A stretch of 64,000 nucleotides of DNA. Origin: Fistulifera solaris (lineage: Eukaryota). Positions 11,749-24,562 of this stretch are shown piece after piece (position 1 is the first letter of the stretch; each line of letters begins with the position of its first letter). The stretch is from assembly GCA_030295235.1 (NCBI GenBank), contig AP026138.1, positions 434,001-498,000 on the forward strand, written 5' to 3'. The notes beneath the pieces are model-generated. The model was not told the DNA's origin and made no database searches. It saw only the letters and a program-made list of their open reading frames with translations. Both the position numbers and the translations under genes were made by a program.

Positions 11749-12557
11749 ATGATGCAACGAGGAGGAAGCCGAATTATAAATAAAGCCAGCCTCTGGCTGG
11801 CAGGCGGCAGCCTTTATGCAACAACCTGCTATTTCAGCTACCATTACTGGCGTCTCATGAAATCCGATGTTTCTGCTAGCGATATTCCACTATCTGTAAT
11901 GGAGCACGGACAACGCATGCAACAATTTAATAAAATCGCCAATCATTATGACGACGATATAGGACGTGATGAACAGGTTCTGGGAATACCGATACTCCGA
12001 AGGATGCTGCTCTTTTTCATGCCAGAGGCACTTGTCTGGAAGTAGGTGCCGGAACCGCCCGAAATCTTCCCTATTACCGGACTTCGTCGAATGTAGTGAA
12101 TCGAGTAGTCCTTTCGGATGCGTCAGAGCAAATGCTGGAGCAAGCGAAAGAGAAAATTCGCGCGTTGCCGGTGAGCAAGCGTTCGCGCTTCGCCACGTTG
12201 AAAGCGGATGCCACTGAATTACGCGAGGTTTTCCCGGACAATAGCTTTGACACAGTCGTTGACACCTTCGGCCTCTGCAGCTTTCAAGATCCTGTAGCTG
12301 TTCTCAAGGAGCTTTCACGGATCTGTAAGCCGACGGGAAAGATATTGCTGCTAGAGCACGGTCGCAGTCATACTTGGGAATTCATCACCAAGCATTTGGA
12401 TTCGCATGCCTTGGAACACGCCGCAAACTGGGGCTGTGTCTGGAACAGAGATCTCGACAAAATTCTGGAAGAAGCAAGTGATGCTTTGGAGGTGGATGTT
12501 CTGTCACGGTATCATTTTGGGACAACCTATTACATTGTTTGTCGACCCAGGAAATAA
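11749..12557 (+). CDS. Class I SAM-dependent methyltransferase, OMS1/METTL7-like
   Basis: LEVGAGT motif I is restored by a frameshift at the T-run near 12015. SFDTVVDTFGLCS and LLLEHG motifs, N-terminal TM segment. Confidence 0.85.
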
Positions 12558-14007
12558 GCCAACCTCTGTTCTTCACCCTCTTGAGGAGAGTCGATACCAA
12601 GTCCAAATCTAGAAGTACTCGCCCATGTCCCATGTCATTTGATAGGCTCTCAATGAGTTGTCATCATCTTTACCTGGTACATCACCTATGGTGAATGGTC
12701 GTAAGCTTATCCCCGTGGCTACTTTCAGCATCGATTTCAAAAGCTCAGATCTAAGATCGTGAAATGTTAGACCGACGACCTATTAACTATTTTGATTGGA
12801 GGCTTGGAGATCGAAGGCAGATGACTGATATGAAACTTGTAGATCATTATTCGATGATTAATTATACCGATGATGATTCTTCAATATTCAATGTTAGTGT
12901 TTGATGCTACCTGCTACGTACGTGATACTCCATAACTCTTATCGTCCATCGCTCAATCTATACCATTGGCTCTTGGCTCTCATAGCTCAGTCATGTTTGC
13001 TTTCTTCGTTTCTCTATGCTCTCTCTGCCCTTTAAGATCCTAGAGAAAATTCTCGATGTCATGGGAGCTCCCGTTTCCACTATCTATGCATATCAGTTAG
13101 ATGTGAGACTTGAAAAGTGTTTGAAACTAAGAGCCCTCAAAATACTACAGTAAGTGCAAAGCCCAAACGCTGAACGCCACAATCTCGTTTATTGTTTCCT
13201 TTCTTGCCTTTTCTTCTTGGAAGTTCGAAGTTATCGTTCATCAACGTTTTTATTATCCGTAGCGCTTTAGTTATGCTTGCTCTCATTTTTGACAGCCTAC
13301 AGTTTAGCCTTAGTGCTGAGTAGGTGTTGCGTACAATTCGATGCCGATCCGGGACTGGGCAATTGTATGGATTTGTGTCTTCAACATGCAAATACTGCTC
13401 AGAGCGCGCTAACGCGCGGAAGCCATAGAAAAGACTGACGAATGAAAACTTGAGCATGTTTTTTACTACTAGCCGATCCATCGTCAAAAAATGTCCCTAT
13501 TGAAATCAACTCTTACCGGTTTTCATTTCCTTAACACCACGTACTACTTTGAACTGTGACCCAGACCGACGTCACGGACACCCAAGAAATTTTTTGTTTT
13601 TGTCGGAAGGAAGCAGGATGACCTGATGGAATGACCGCGAAGAGCAGGAAAGCAGATCGAATAGCATCGAGCATAGATACGATCCGTAAGGCGCTGTTCT
13701 TGACTTTAAATTCACTGCAACACCCTGCCTTCTGTCGAATTCCGGCTGTTTAAAATAAATTGCTTGAAAGAATTTGACAGGGTTTGCTTACGGTAGACAA
13801 TTGAACGAGTTGCGCAACATTTCAGCTAGCAAAGGCTGTTCAAAAATTTTGTTTTTCTCGGCGGCTGGGGGTCATCTTGTGGATCGAGTAGAGTCGAGTT
13901 TGCAGGTTTCTTTTCCATTTATCCAGCTTGACTTGGTATTTCTTCTTTTGGCCGGTAGTTTGATTGGGATTCTACTAGAAAATCAGCATCGAAACGGTAG
14001 ACCGTAG

Positions 14008-17000
14008 ATGAAACCATTCAAAGGTCTGTTTGCGAAAGGAAAGAGAACAAAAGAACCCCATTTATCCGGTGCCGAGTCTGCAAAGGATAGCCCTGGGGCC
14101 GAAAGAACTGAATTTTATCAACAGACTACGAAGACGTTGCCTCAAGAAGTAGTCGAGGCGCTGAAAGCTCCGAAAGCTGGGGAAACGCCTCCTCGTCAGC
14201 CAACTCAGGCCTCCAGTAGCCGCAGCAGTTTCGTTGATATGAAGACAGGTTCCGATTTCAAACCGCAAAGTGCCGCAGTCTCAAAGCAGAAAGCCACTCA
14301 AGTGGATGAAGTTACGCCGTCGAAGCAAGCTGTTGATTTCGCCGAGGTAACAGGAGGTGGAGACACGTGTGATGACTTCGTAGAAACGCCTGCTATTGCT
14401 CGAGCCTATGATGCCGTACCGATTCTGGAACAAACGAAACTCCCAAGAGGAGGTGTCAGCGTTGATACCAAGGCTGTTGGCCGTGTGCAGGTACGTTAAG
14501 TGATTCTTGCTGATCGCTAGTTACGATGTATACATAGATCTAACTTTCCTTTGCATTCAGTATGGTATCCCTCCAGAGACAATCAAAGATAGTATGAGGC
14601 TCGGAATACCTGTACCGCAGGTTTATATTGTTCCTACTGAACGATTTTCACGGGAAATGGGCCCTGCCCTTGGAGTCAACCTTGCCGAGTTTGAGTTCCC
14701 TGCCTACTTCAATTACTTCGTCTACAAAAAGAAATGTACGCTAGTGGTCGACTCTGCCGATGCCGAAGATAACATTCGTAAGGTTTTTAGTGAGACCCTT
14801 TTAGGTCCCGAGCAATTTCGACGGGAAAATTTTATTGCGTATGAAGAAGAAGATTTTGCTCCCGACTTTCCGAAAGATGCTATTCCGGATTTTCAAAAAG
14901 AATTGAAGCATTTTAGGATTATGCCCGACGGCCAGGAACTTGTTATCGAAACGCTACTTGATTTCAGGCATTTTGAGGATGTAGAAGCAGCACAATCATT
15001 GGGTAGTCCGAAACCTCTCCCCGGCGATGAAGAAGTGAACGTTGAAAATTTAAGTATAAAGGAAGTGGCTCAGGAAGATCAAGCTCAATCTGTTCCAGCA
15101 AATGCTGCTGATGCTATCAAACGAGGGGAGCAGAATAGATGGACTTATTCGGACGCAATCAGCAACGGTGATGTTTCCAGAATTTACCCCTTCTCCGTCG
15201 CACCCGAAGAGATCGCAGCCGGAAAAGTTCCCCGGGTTGAAATTTTCAAAATGCCGGGCGGCACGGAGTACATCATCCATGATATTGATGAGAACAATGA
15301 GATCATCGGAAAGACAAAGCTCTCGGGTCATGTAAAGGTGTCGGAGTTAATGAGCGTTGACGGCTTCGGCGGGAGATCCTTTTGGATGCTATGGATCCCT
15401 CAAATGTTGAGAAACACCTGGAGCATCCTAGCAGACCCATCAAGCGACCAGCGTTTCACCCGCCTTCTTTCGGAGTCACTGTGCTGGGTAATTCACACGG
15501 TTTTGATAAAAGCGGCTCGGTATCTGGCTACGTTCTTTGGGTAAACGGGCGAGGAGTCATGATAGATCCTCCTCCTTATTCGTCTGCTACTCTTGAAAGA
15601 GAAGGCATTCGACCTAGAACAATTGTTGGCATTATCTTGACGCATTGTCATGCTGATCACGATGCCGGTGCGTTTCAAAAAGTTTTAACGGGTTCACCGG
15701 TGGTTGTTATCACGACCCCTACTATTTACAAGAGCTTCATCAGAAAGTATTCTGCTCTTTCGGCACTCAGTCCAGCTCTTCTCCGACATAGTCACCGTTA
15801 TAAGCCTGCCATTATTGGACAGCCGCTTCGTTTCCAAGGTGCTACATTTCATTTTACATACACGCTGCACGCAATTCCTTGCGTTGGCTTTCGAGTTGAA
15901 TGGCGCGGGCGATCGATGGTGTTTACTGGCGATCACTTCAACAATCCAGCTGGCTTGGAAAAGCTTGTTGAAAAGGGGGTCATGTCAAAGGCGCGAATGG
16001 ATGATTTAAATTATCTTCCTCTTCAAGACTGCGATGTTTTACTACACGAGTCTGGAGCTCCTCCGATTCACACACCTTTGGAAGTGTTGCTGCAGTTACC
16101 AAAACGTGTGAAGGAACGTCTATATGTAGTACATACCTCTGCACTTCCAGAAGATTGCGAGCTCCGCGTCGCGCCAACAGGTACAGCAGGAACAATTCGC
16201 TTGGACTCGAGTTCCTCTCATGGTCGGTTAGGTGTGCATCGCGGTGCAGACGAAAACATGTGGGTTGGTGGCTCGCCAGAGTATTCCACTATTGCAGAGG
16301 AATCTGAGCATGATTTGGATCACTCTTTTGGACATTTGGCTAAAGGTAAACGCGGAAAAGCAACCCAACGAACTTCTTGCTTCAGCAGTGTGGGAAAAGC
16401 ACCACTTGTGTCGCTTCGGCCAGCATCTAGCACAGATGCTTGGTATATTCTCAATCTGCTCAGTGCTGTGCCATTTGTTTCAAGGTAAGCAGTCTGGTTC
16501 TGTTCGGACTTGAGCCTACCGTTTTTGACTCTGTCATTAATTACTCTCTTTTAGCCTATCTTACACGCAGACGATGGAAGTACTTGAAATAGCAAGGGTG
16601 GACTCCTACTCTCTGAATGATGTTGTAGTTTCCGCAAACAATAGAAGTTCTGTTTTGTGTGTTATTTGGGAAGGTACATGTGCCGAACAACCTGCAAAGC
16701 GAGCGACTGACATGACGTCTCATCATGCAGACCATTCTGATCATGACTGGGGGTTTGGTCCAGTTTGGTACGCAGGAGATTGGACAGGCCCTAGAGCGCT
16801 ACAACCGGAAGAGGCATTGAGCGGAGAGAGCTCGTCTAGCGCAAGTCATGACATCGTGGCAGTGTCAAATGAGGGTGTCAAAGTTATCAAGATTGACTTC
16901 CCCTCATTACACGCCATACTTAATGCTGGTTCTCAACTGTACCGCCGTTTTCTTGAACGAAATGCGGGCCAAGAACGTGCGAAAATGGAGACAGCATATG

Positions 17001-17985
17001 ATGACGAGTTTGCCTCAGCTACGGATTTGCTCCTAGAAACTGCGAAGAAAGAGTTGAATGTTTTGGACTTATTGAACTGCAATTCAGCGCTACGAAAGCT
17101 CACTGCTGTGCAAAAGCGCCATCTAGAAAGCTTAGCAGTCGGTCCTATCAGTTATCAGCAGGGAGAAAGACTGTGGGGAGCTGGCACGCCAGTTGATAAG
17201 GCCTTCATTATCGTGTCAGGCACAGCGTCATTTGTTAAAAGAAGAAGCCCGAGTACAACAGAGGGATCGGGTTTTTCATTAAAAGTTGACATGGAAACGG
17301 CAATCAAAGAACTGGGAGGCAAGCACAATGGCGATGAGAACTCATCAATGTCTTCGGTTGATCATGATGAGCCCAATCCAAAGGTCGGAATAGACGCAAT
17401 GTCCAACGCTGATTATAAAAAGTTGCAAAAGAATTTGCAATCTAGAGCCGAATATTTCCAAAAGAGGGATCCGTGTCTTCTGGCTTATCTGGCTTCTCTG
17501 GCGACTCGATCTCACACGAGGGAGACTATGACTCAGATGAGAACTTTGACGATTCGAATCACCGCCGAAGTTTGACTCAGCGTCGTCGATCATCTCGGAT
17601 GCGACAAGCCAACAAGGTCCTCGGCAGATTGTACAACCGACGTGCGTTCACGGCTGGACTTGTCTTCAGCAAGGGACATTTTCTGGGAGATGTGTCAAAG
17701 ATGGTGGCTGGTTTGCTTTCGTCGGATGCGTTTACTGAGGCGGACAGCGGTGGTTACGGTTTCGGTGACAAAGACGAAAGTTCTGCGGCTGATGCGAAGG
17801 CGTTGGCGACCATCACAGAATCGAATGGTGCTGAAGGGGGCTATCATGTTCTGCATAATTCAACCTTAACTGCCGGCAAGGATGGCTGTGTTGTGTTGCT
17901 CTTTCATAAAGCAAGTCTTATTCCGTTCCTTGACGAGCACCCCGGGCTGCTTTTGAGTCTACTAGGAACACAAGTTGTCGTTTAA
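14008..17985 (+). CDS. Metallo-beta-lactamase-fold hydrolase with C-terminal cyclic-nucleotide-binding-like domains (Dictyostelium PdeD/PdeE-type phosphodiesterase-like)
   Basis: Introns 14491-14560 and 16485-16554, frameshifts near 15380 and 17465. Motifs LGNSHGFD, IDPP, THCHADHD, HAIP, FTGD, HESG and VVH. Two cNMP-like regions (VIWEG...; GERLWGAGTPVDKAFIIVSG...GHFLGD). Confidence 0.8.
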
Positions 17986-18255
17986 TGACGCTGCTGCCGC
18001 GTACGATTCTCCAGGTGCAATAAACGTTAGCAGGTATAAAAGGTTAATAAAGCACCTTTCTCTATTTTGTTGCCTGCAACCGACTAGTGTAAACGTTAGA
18101 GCTAAGGGACGAAAGGATACACTCAAATGATCAACGAATCATCTTTTTATCGACAAAGAGTTACTGCCACGAAGCGATTCATTTGTGGATCATGATGAGC
18201 AACGTTAAAAAAAACGTAGCATTATGTACAAAGGCGCCGATCGAACGCTCTATTT

Positions 18256-18843
18256 TCACGAATTCCCTTGCTGCTCCATCTCCCACAGGTCTTGAATCAC
18301 TAGTTTAACTTGCTCTGCATTCGTTTGTTCCAAACCAAAAGGAATTTGTTCGGCTCGTACACCAATGTAGGAATTGTCTTCTACGTCTTTCATAATGAGG
18401 GGTAATTGCAGATATCGGATGGTATCGTGCAATTTTTCCATGTCCGATTCGGATGCTTTGGAAGTTTCCGAGGAACGTTGTTGATACAAGTGCTCGACAG
18501 AGGTTGTTTGCGCTAGCAAAGGATAAAAGGCCACGACATCCAGACGAAACGTCTCGTCCGCATCGGATCGATAAGAGAAACTCGTCGTTCGTTTGGTATC
18601 ATGGCCCGGCACATTCTCGGCCAGTCGCATCGACTGCACTTGCCATTGACGTTGCGGTCGTGGCTGTTGTTGTTGCTGCTGCTTCGTGGTTGGTTTCAAA
18701 GGACCGGCATCGTGTAAGAATTTCAACAAATCATCGGGCATGTCTTCCGAGGACGCGACGACGGGCGCTGTAGCTCGTTTTGTAGTTTGTGTGACAGCGG
18801 CCGGAGCTGCTTTTGCCACAGTTTTAGATGCAGCTTGACCCAT
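18256..18843 (-). CDS. Hypothetical protein with possible N-myristoylation motif
   Basis: 195-aa ATG ORF starting MGQAASK (MGxxxS). Confidence 0.65.
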   Translation of the reverse strand: MGQAASKTVAKAAPAAVTQTTKRATAPVVASSEDMPDDLLKFLHDAGPLKPTTKQQQQQQPRPQRQWQVQSMRLAENVPGHDTKRTTSFSYRSDADETFRLDVVAFYPLLAQTTSVEHLYQQRSSETSKASESDMEKLHDTIRYLQLPLIMKDVEDNSYIGVRAEQIPFGLEQTNAEQVKLVIQDLWEMEQQGNS

Positions 18844-19150
18844 GATCTTGTTTTACGAGTGAGTAATAGAACAGTATTGATGTGCTTTTTACGAATCAAA
18901 TAATGAAGAAACACAAGAACAGCGGTCGCGTTAAGGTATTAAGGTAGTATTTTCTCACCCCCAACCGTTATTCGCAAAATATCTTACCGGTTTTCATTCG
19001 TCCGTTCATCGCGCCGGGCGAACATCACGTCCGTTGAAATGTTTTGAACTCCACCGAATGTGCTTTAAATCGATGCGTTGCATGGAACGCCGCGTGCATT
19101 CGATCAACCAAGGATAACAATACCCAAGCAACCAATACCAAAAGAAAAGA

Positions 19151-20856
19151 ATGAAGATAACGAGTCGACAGCATCGGACCGAACGAAACTATTATTACAC
19201 AACAACATTTCTTTACTATGCCTTGTTTCTCGTCATCGTGCTACAAGCTGCTCTGTCTATTTTCCAAGGAAGCATTCTCGAAATGGACAGCAAGCGAAGT
19301 TTAAGAGCGCCTCTATCAAGCTTAATCAGCAATAATATTTCACCAACTGTAAATAATAGGGGAACGGAAGCTAGCGCCGTCTCTCTTGACAGACCAATCG
19401 ACAACAACAATCCTCAGGTGTTTCAAATAGCACAAGAAACAATTGAAGCCAGATACTTACATACAAATACGACAGACACGACATCATCAGTCTCGGATAC
19501 ACAAAGAATAAAGATGGAAATACAATCTCGCTCGAAGCTTCCTTTACTGATAATCGGTGGAAGTGATGGGTCGGGTACGAGAGCGTTTGTCGATGTTCTC
19601 GGGCACTTACATGTCCCCATGCTGGTGGACGATAAGGCCACATTGGATATTCATGCTCCATGTTTCTACCACGGCGATGGTTGGCCACACCTCGTGAACC
19701 GCGTCATGAATGAGACGCATTCGGCTCGTTACGAGTTTTCCGATTTATCGCCAAGCGTGCAAGACGAGCTACACGAACAGATGCGAATTTGTTTCCGGGA
19801 ACATTACGCCCCTCGTGCCCTGCGACTTCTCATGGAGGCCCATAAGAAGGGCAAAGAATTACCGCATCGCATTCGATATGGCTTCAAAGCACCCGTCAGT
19901 ATGCTGTTACTCCCAGTGTTGCTCGAAACGTTCGAGAATATCAAATTCTTGCACGTGATACGCGATGGGCGAGATATTGCTTTGAGCAGCAACACGAGTC
20001 CTGTCGATAAATTTTATCGAACTTTCTATCCGAATGCCGCAGAACAAGTGACAATGCTCCATGAGGCCCTAGGGAATGACACTGTATCTGTGAAGCAGGT
20101 CATGGCTATGCAGTTGTGGAATGACTGGAACACACAAGTATATGAGTTTGGAACCAGTCATCCTTCTATTGACTATTTGCCGATCAAAACCGAAGATCTA
20201 CTCAATCCAGTAACACGCTTTGAAGCTATACAGCAGGTTGCGGAATTCGTTGGATCTCCATTGTCAACCGCACAACTCTGTTGCCTGAGTCAAAAAGAGC
20301 TTCATGACATGGGAAAGTCAATGAATTTTCAAGGGAAACAAGAAAACTCTGGTAGACCTGATGTTCGTACCCAATTAGAAGCCAAAGATAAATCGCTTGT
20401 AGCATCGTTTTTGGATGCAGGACGACGTATGCACGACAAAGAACAGCTGACCTCCGAGCTTGGACTGTTCAAGCAACAAGCGGCTAGGTTTCGAACTCAA
20501 ATGGAAACAATAACGTCTGATGATGTCGAAGATACGTTACTGGAACAGAACGACTACGAGAAAAAGTTAGAAGCACATCGTCAGGAGATCCTAAACAATA
20601 TTCCCAATCAGGAAGCTCGCAAAAATTTCGCCTTCTGGTGACAGCGCCACAGCAAATTCGTACCGATGCCGCTCCACCGGAGGAAGTCAAGCAGCGGTAT
20701 GGCAAATGGGTATCCAAGCTCGAGCATTTTCCTGAGCTTTCGCAAGAGTTGCATGCGTACGGAGCCAAGGGTCTTGACTTATTCGGTTATGCACCGCCAC
20801 ATGAGTTTATGTCGCGTAAATTCCGTTCAATACCTTGTTCTTCTTGCGTTGAATAA
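19151..20856 (+). CDS. Type II membrane sulfotransferase-family protein
   Basis: N-terminal TM segment, IGGSDGSGT PAPS-loop, GFKAP and HVIRDGRDIALS motifs. The C-terminus (YGKW...LFGY) is in the ORF 20638..20856 after a frameshift near 20630. Confidence 0.75.
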
Positions 20857-21186
20857 CAATCATTGAGCATATTTTTGCCATAGTTGCATCCATGAAGAAA
20901 CTGAAAGTGTTCAATATACACTTTGTAAAGAATAATCTTTATTCTAAGAGTCATAATCAGTTTAAAGGGTGCACACATACACGGAAGTGAGTGGGGTCTA
21001 ATGAACCTGCCTCAGCTATAGACCAAGGCGAATTTCGGGACTGGATATATGCTCGAGTCGCTAACGCGATGCATTGCGGATGATCCGCATTACCTGCGGT
21101 ATACTTTGAGATTGCAATAACAGCGAACATTAATAAACACCTTTGATAACAAAAAGATATATTCCTAAACAGTTTATTCATACGAT

Positions 21187-22176
21187 ATGATGAGACTTGC
21201 GAATCGCTCAGTGGCTTTCTGGTTGTCTTCTACTGCTCTCCATTCCGTTTCGGCCTTTCGAACACCCCTACGCAACAAATCGTTCGCCTCAATCACCACG
21301 GCCTTATCCATGTCGACTGTACGAGTAGCGCTTTGTCAACTCCCCGTTACCGACGACACCGAGAAGAATCATCAAACGGCAGCGACGTTTATTGAAAATG
21401 CTGTTGAGCAAGGCGCCGAGCTGGTTGTCCTTCCCGAAATATGGAATTCGCCGTACGCGACGGCGGCGTTTCCGGAATACGCACAAGATATCGACAAAGG
21501 CCCATCGCGCCGTTTGCTACAAGATTTAGCCACAAAACACAAATTATGGCTCGTGGGAGGTAGTATCCCGGAACGCACTGCGGATGGGAAAATTTACAAT
21601 ACATCCCTTGTATTCAATCCACAAGGAGAACTCGTTGCGAAACATCGCAAAGTGCATCTGTTTGATATTGATGTACCCGGTGGGATCACTTTCTTTGAAT
21701 CGGATACCTTAAGTCCTGGAGAAACAGTCTCGTATTTTTCAACTCCGTGGGGGAACATGGGTCTAGGAATTTGTTATGACATTCGATTTGCCGAGTATGC
21801 TATGCTCTTGACGCAAAAACATGACTGTAAAGTCCTTCTGTATCCGGGCGCTTTCAATATGACTACCGGGCCGGCACATTGGGAACTTCTGCAACGTGCG
21901 CGCGCCGTAGACAATCAATGCTTTGTGTTGACGGCGTCTCCCGCCCGTGCGGTGGAGACCACTGAATCCAAGAAACCGTATCCTCATTACACAGCGTGGG
22001 GGCATTCGACGGCAGTGTCTCCTTGGGGAGAGGTCATTGCGACGACCGATGAAAGTCCCGGTATTGTGATGGCGGATCTGGATTTAGAGAAAGTGGAAGA
22101 CATGCGCAAATCCATTCCCATTCGGAATCAAAGGAGGACGGATTTGTACGACCTGCTTCAAGTGAAGAAAGAATAG
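21187..22176 (+). CDS. NIT2: Nitrilase-family omega-amidase (NIT2-like) with organellar presequence
   Basis: LPEIW, HRKVHLFDIDVPG and GICYDIRF (E-K-C triad), GAFNMTTGPAHW, RAVDNQ. Confidence 0.9.
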   Translation: MMRLANRSVAFWLSSTALHSVSAFRTPLRNKSFASITTALSMSTVRVALCQLPVTDDTEKNHQTAATFIENAVEQGAELVVLPEIWNSPYATAAFPEYAQDIDKGPSRRLLQDLATKHKLWLVGGSIPERTADGKIYNTSLVFNPQGELVAKHRKVHLFDIDVPGGITFFESDTLSPGETVSYFSTPWGNMGLGICYDIRFAEYAMLLTQKHDCKVLLYPGAFNMTTGPAHWELLQRARAVDNQCFVLTASPARAVETTESKKPYPHYTAWGHSTAVSPWGEVIATTDESPGIVMADLDLEKVEDMRKSIPIRNQRRTDLYDLLQVKKE

Positions 22177-22330
22177 TCTCGATCATTTACAATAGATACC
22201 AATATAAAGAAATAATTCGTCAGCGTCATGATTGTAGCTCACGGCCTAGAATTAATATTGTCATTTTATAGCTACATGCTTCATTTACACTTTATTCGTG
22301 AATCCTGGCGAACAATCAACTCATTGCTAC

Positions 22331-24040
22331 CTATTCTTTTTCTTCTCTTTCTTTTTGATTTCTTCTCGTGTTGGAGAAAGAAAACGCGTTCAGGTGTTGC
22401 TGAACGGCCGGAAAGAAGAAACCTTGATAGCAAAAATGCTGCACCATAGTAATGGTCGAAGCTTCCACGTCTTGAAACTCGGTTTCACGGAAGGAGCACT
22501 CCAAAACGGGAATCTTTTTGATTTGAGCGGCTTTGTGGAACAGCGCCTTGGCCTCGCGGCCATTGTCATCTGCGGACTGCATCGCCAACAAGACAATGGC
22601 GGTACCACCACAGTCGTCATGGACGGCGTTGTCGTCGTGTGAAAATTGGTAAAACACATTGACGAGGCATAGACTCTTCGTTGACGTGTTGATATCCAAC
22701 AAAAAGCGTGGTGTGGACGCGGAAAGAATGAAATTCACCATCGTGTCGGCATCTCCGGTCCGCGCCTTCACTAATTGGTCTTGAATGGCTTGTAAAATTT
22801 GGAATTCGGTCGGAGCCGCTTGGTGTTTCTCTGCCAGCACCGTCACCAATTCATTTTGTGGCAACGTCAAATAGGTGTTATCGGTAAACCAAAGCGTCAA
22901 GGTGTTGCGGAGATGTCCTTCTTCATGTGTGCCGGCCAACCGCGAACGCCAAAGACACGCCACCACGGTGCGGACCAAGCACCATAAGGAACGGTTGCGG
23001 GACGAAAGGTCGGTAGTGACGGCTGTACTGGGAGTTGGAACGATGCTGACGAAATGAAGATGCGTGTTGGAGAGTGTCATGGTATTTGAAATGGCGTGTA
23101 TGGGTCGTTTGGGTGGAGGGCGTGGATTGTTGTTGGAATTTAACAAAGTCTGCAGAGCCGGCCATAACCTTTTATGAGCATGATGGTACGCCACGACGGA
23201 AAGAATCTTACTGGTGAATTCTGGAACGGGCCCAAGACGAACGGCGACTTGAGGAATGGCTAATGCTTGACAGGTCTGTTGCAAACATTTATTTTCTTCT
23301 GTTGTCATGTCACGCACAGCACCCAAGAAGATACATACTTGTGTCTTATCTGAGCTGTCTGTAGCAGTTGTTTGACATTGATTTTTCCAGCAGGGTAATT
23401 CCTGGTGACTCGATTCATGGAGTGTGGCCGCTATTACGGTTTGAATGTTGGAAGAGATAGGCTGCAAGAGATCTTTCAAGATGGGTCGTAGAGTCTCCTC
23501 CAACGTCGGCTGACTGACACTAGCGTAGCGCGAATTCCAGTCCTTGCTGATTTCGATCAACGTTTGTTTATTGAATTTTCGCAACAGCACTTGACTGGAA
23601 CTGTTGAGACCTTTTTCTCGTAAAAACTCGATCGAACAGGTCGCCTGCAAATGTACTAAAACGTCCCTTTTACTCTCCAAACTCATGGGTATAGCAGCAC
23701 CGGCCGTATGTTTCGTATTTTGTTTGTACAGTCGACACAACAATCCCTTTTCGTGCACCGAATGTTTCTGTTGTGCCGCTTTGTTCCACAATCCGACGAT
23801 GGTTTGTTCGGTCGGAACCGTGGGTCGATGAGCCTCATAAGTCATGTGCATCCGCGACCAGTCTTCTTCAAAGAGCAAGACGAGTTCTTTTGCTTCCCCC
23901 GGCCCGAACAAAAACGCCGCGACACAACGAACCAAAGCATCGCGACGATTCCACCATTGGCTTTCGTCGCGATTGGGTTGATAACTGGATGCATCGGCTC
24001 CCGTGCCTTTGGCAAACAGGACGGCGCGGAGGAACGTCAT
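22331..24040 (-). CDS. Putative SPOUT-fold RNA methyltransferase with two TrmY-like halves
   Basis: 569-aa intronless ORF. RRDALVRCV, VPTEQTIVGLWNKA, LHES, IFLGAVRDMTTEE and VRLGP resemble TrmY motifs. The second half repeats them in degenerate form (LWCLVRTVV...APTEFQIL). Confidence 0.55.
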   Translation of the reverse strand: MTFLRAVLFAKGTGADASSYQPNRDESQWWNRRDALVRCVAAFLFGPGEAKELVLLFEEDWSRMHMTYEAHRPTVPTEQTIVGLWNKAAQQKHSVHEKGLLCRLYKQNTKHTAGAAIPMSLESKRDVLVHLQATCSIEFLREKGLNSSSQVLLRKFNKQTLIEISKDWNSRYASVSQPTLEETLRPILKDLLQPISSNIQTVIAATLHESSHQELPCWKNQCQTTATDSSDKTQVCIFLGAVRDMTTEENKCLQQTCQALAIPQVAVRLGPVPEFTSKILSVVAYHHAHKRLWPALQTLLNSNNNPRPPPKRPIHAISNTMTLSNTHLHFVSIVPTPSTAVTTDLSSRNRSLWCLVRTVVACLWRSRLAGTHEEGHLRNTLTLWFTDNTYLTLPQNELVTVLAEKHQAAPTEFQILQAIQDQLVKARTGDADTMVNFILSASTPRFLLDINTSTKSLCLVNVFYQFSHDDNAVHDDCGGTAIVLLAMQSADDNGREAKALFHKAAQIKKIPVLECSFRETEFQDVEASTITMVQHFCYQGFFFPAVQQHLNAFSFSNTRRNQKEREEKE

Positions 24041-24210
24041 TTATTCTATTCAATCATTGTTCGAAAATGTGTTATTGAGGAGGGAAGGGGTCGAGTAGTC
24101 GATCAAATGAGAATAAACAATGAGACGGGGACGAGGAACGAGGAGCTTTTCTACGAAATAAACGAGGCTGCTGCACTTCAGAATTTCCGTCTGTCTATAC
24201 TCGAAACTTA

Positions 24211-24240
24211 TCCACGATTGCACTTCAGTCATGAATCAAT
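24211..24240 (+). repeat. Dispersed repeat family core, single copy
   Basis: TCCACGATTGCACTTCAGTCATGAATCAAT. Confidence 0.75.
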
Positions 24241-24562
24241 ATTCTTTTGCATGCGCGTATAGCGTATAGACTAAGTCTACAACTTGATTGTTGAATTCCA
24301 TTACCTTAGTTGTCGTTGTTGCAGTGAAATAGTCTTTCAGCAGCGTTTGCATTAATTGTAATTTTGCGTCGAAGAGGAGTCTTATTTTTTATACTAGGCC
24401 ATGATAAATGAGTGAAGGAATGCTATAAGTAGCAAGGATTATAAGTAGTGTATGAGCTAGCACAAACAAATCAACCCAACTTTTCGTCTACGTATTTTAA
24501 GTCCTTGAAAAAATACAGCATATAAAACTTATATTACGTTTGATTTCGTTCCAGTCTTATAT

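Noticed and set aside
12600..13990. ORFs 13137..13487 and 13774..14007 in a 1.4-kb gap
   Set aside because: Short, non-ATG starts and no motifs. Treated as intergenic or 5' UTR.
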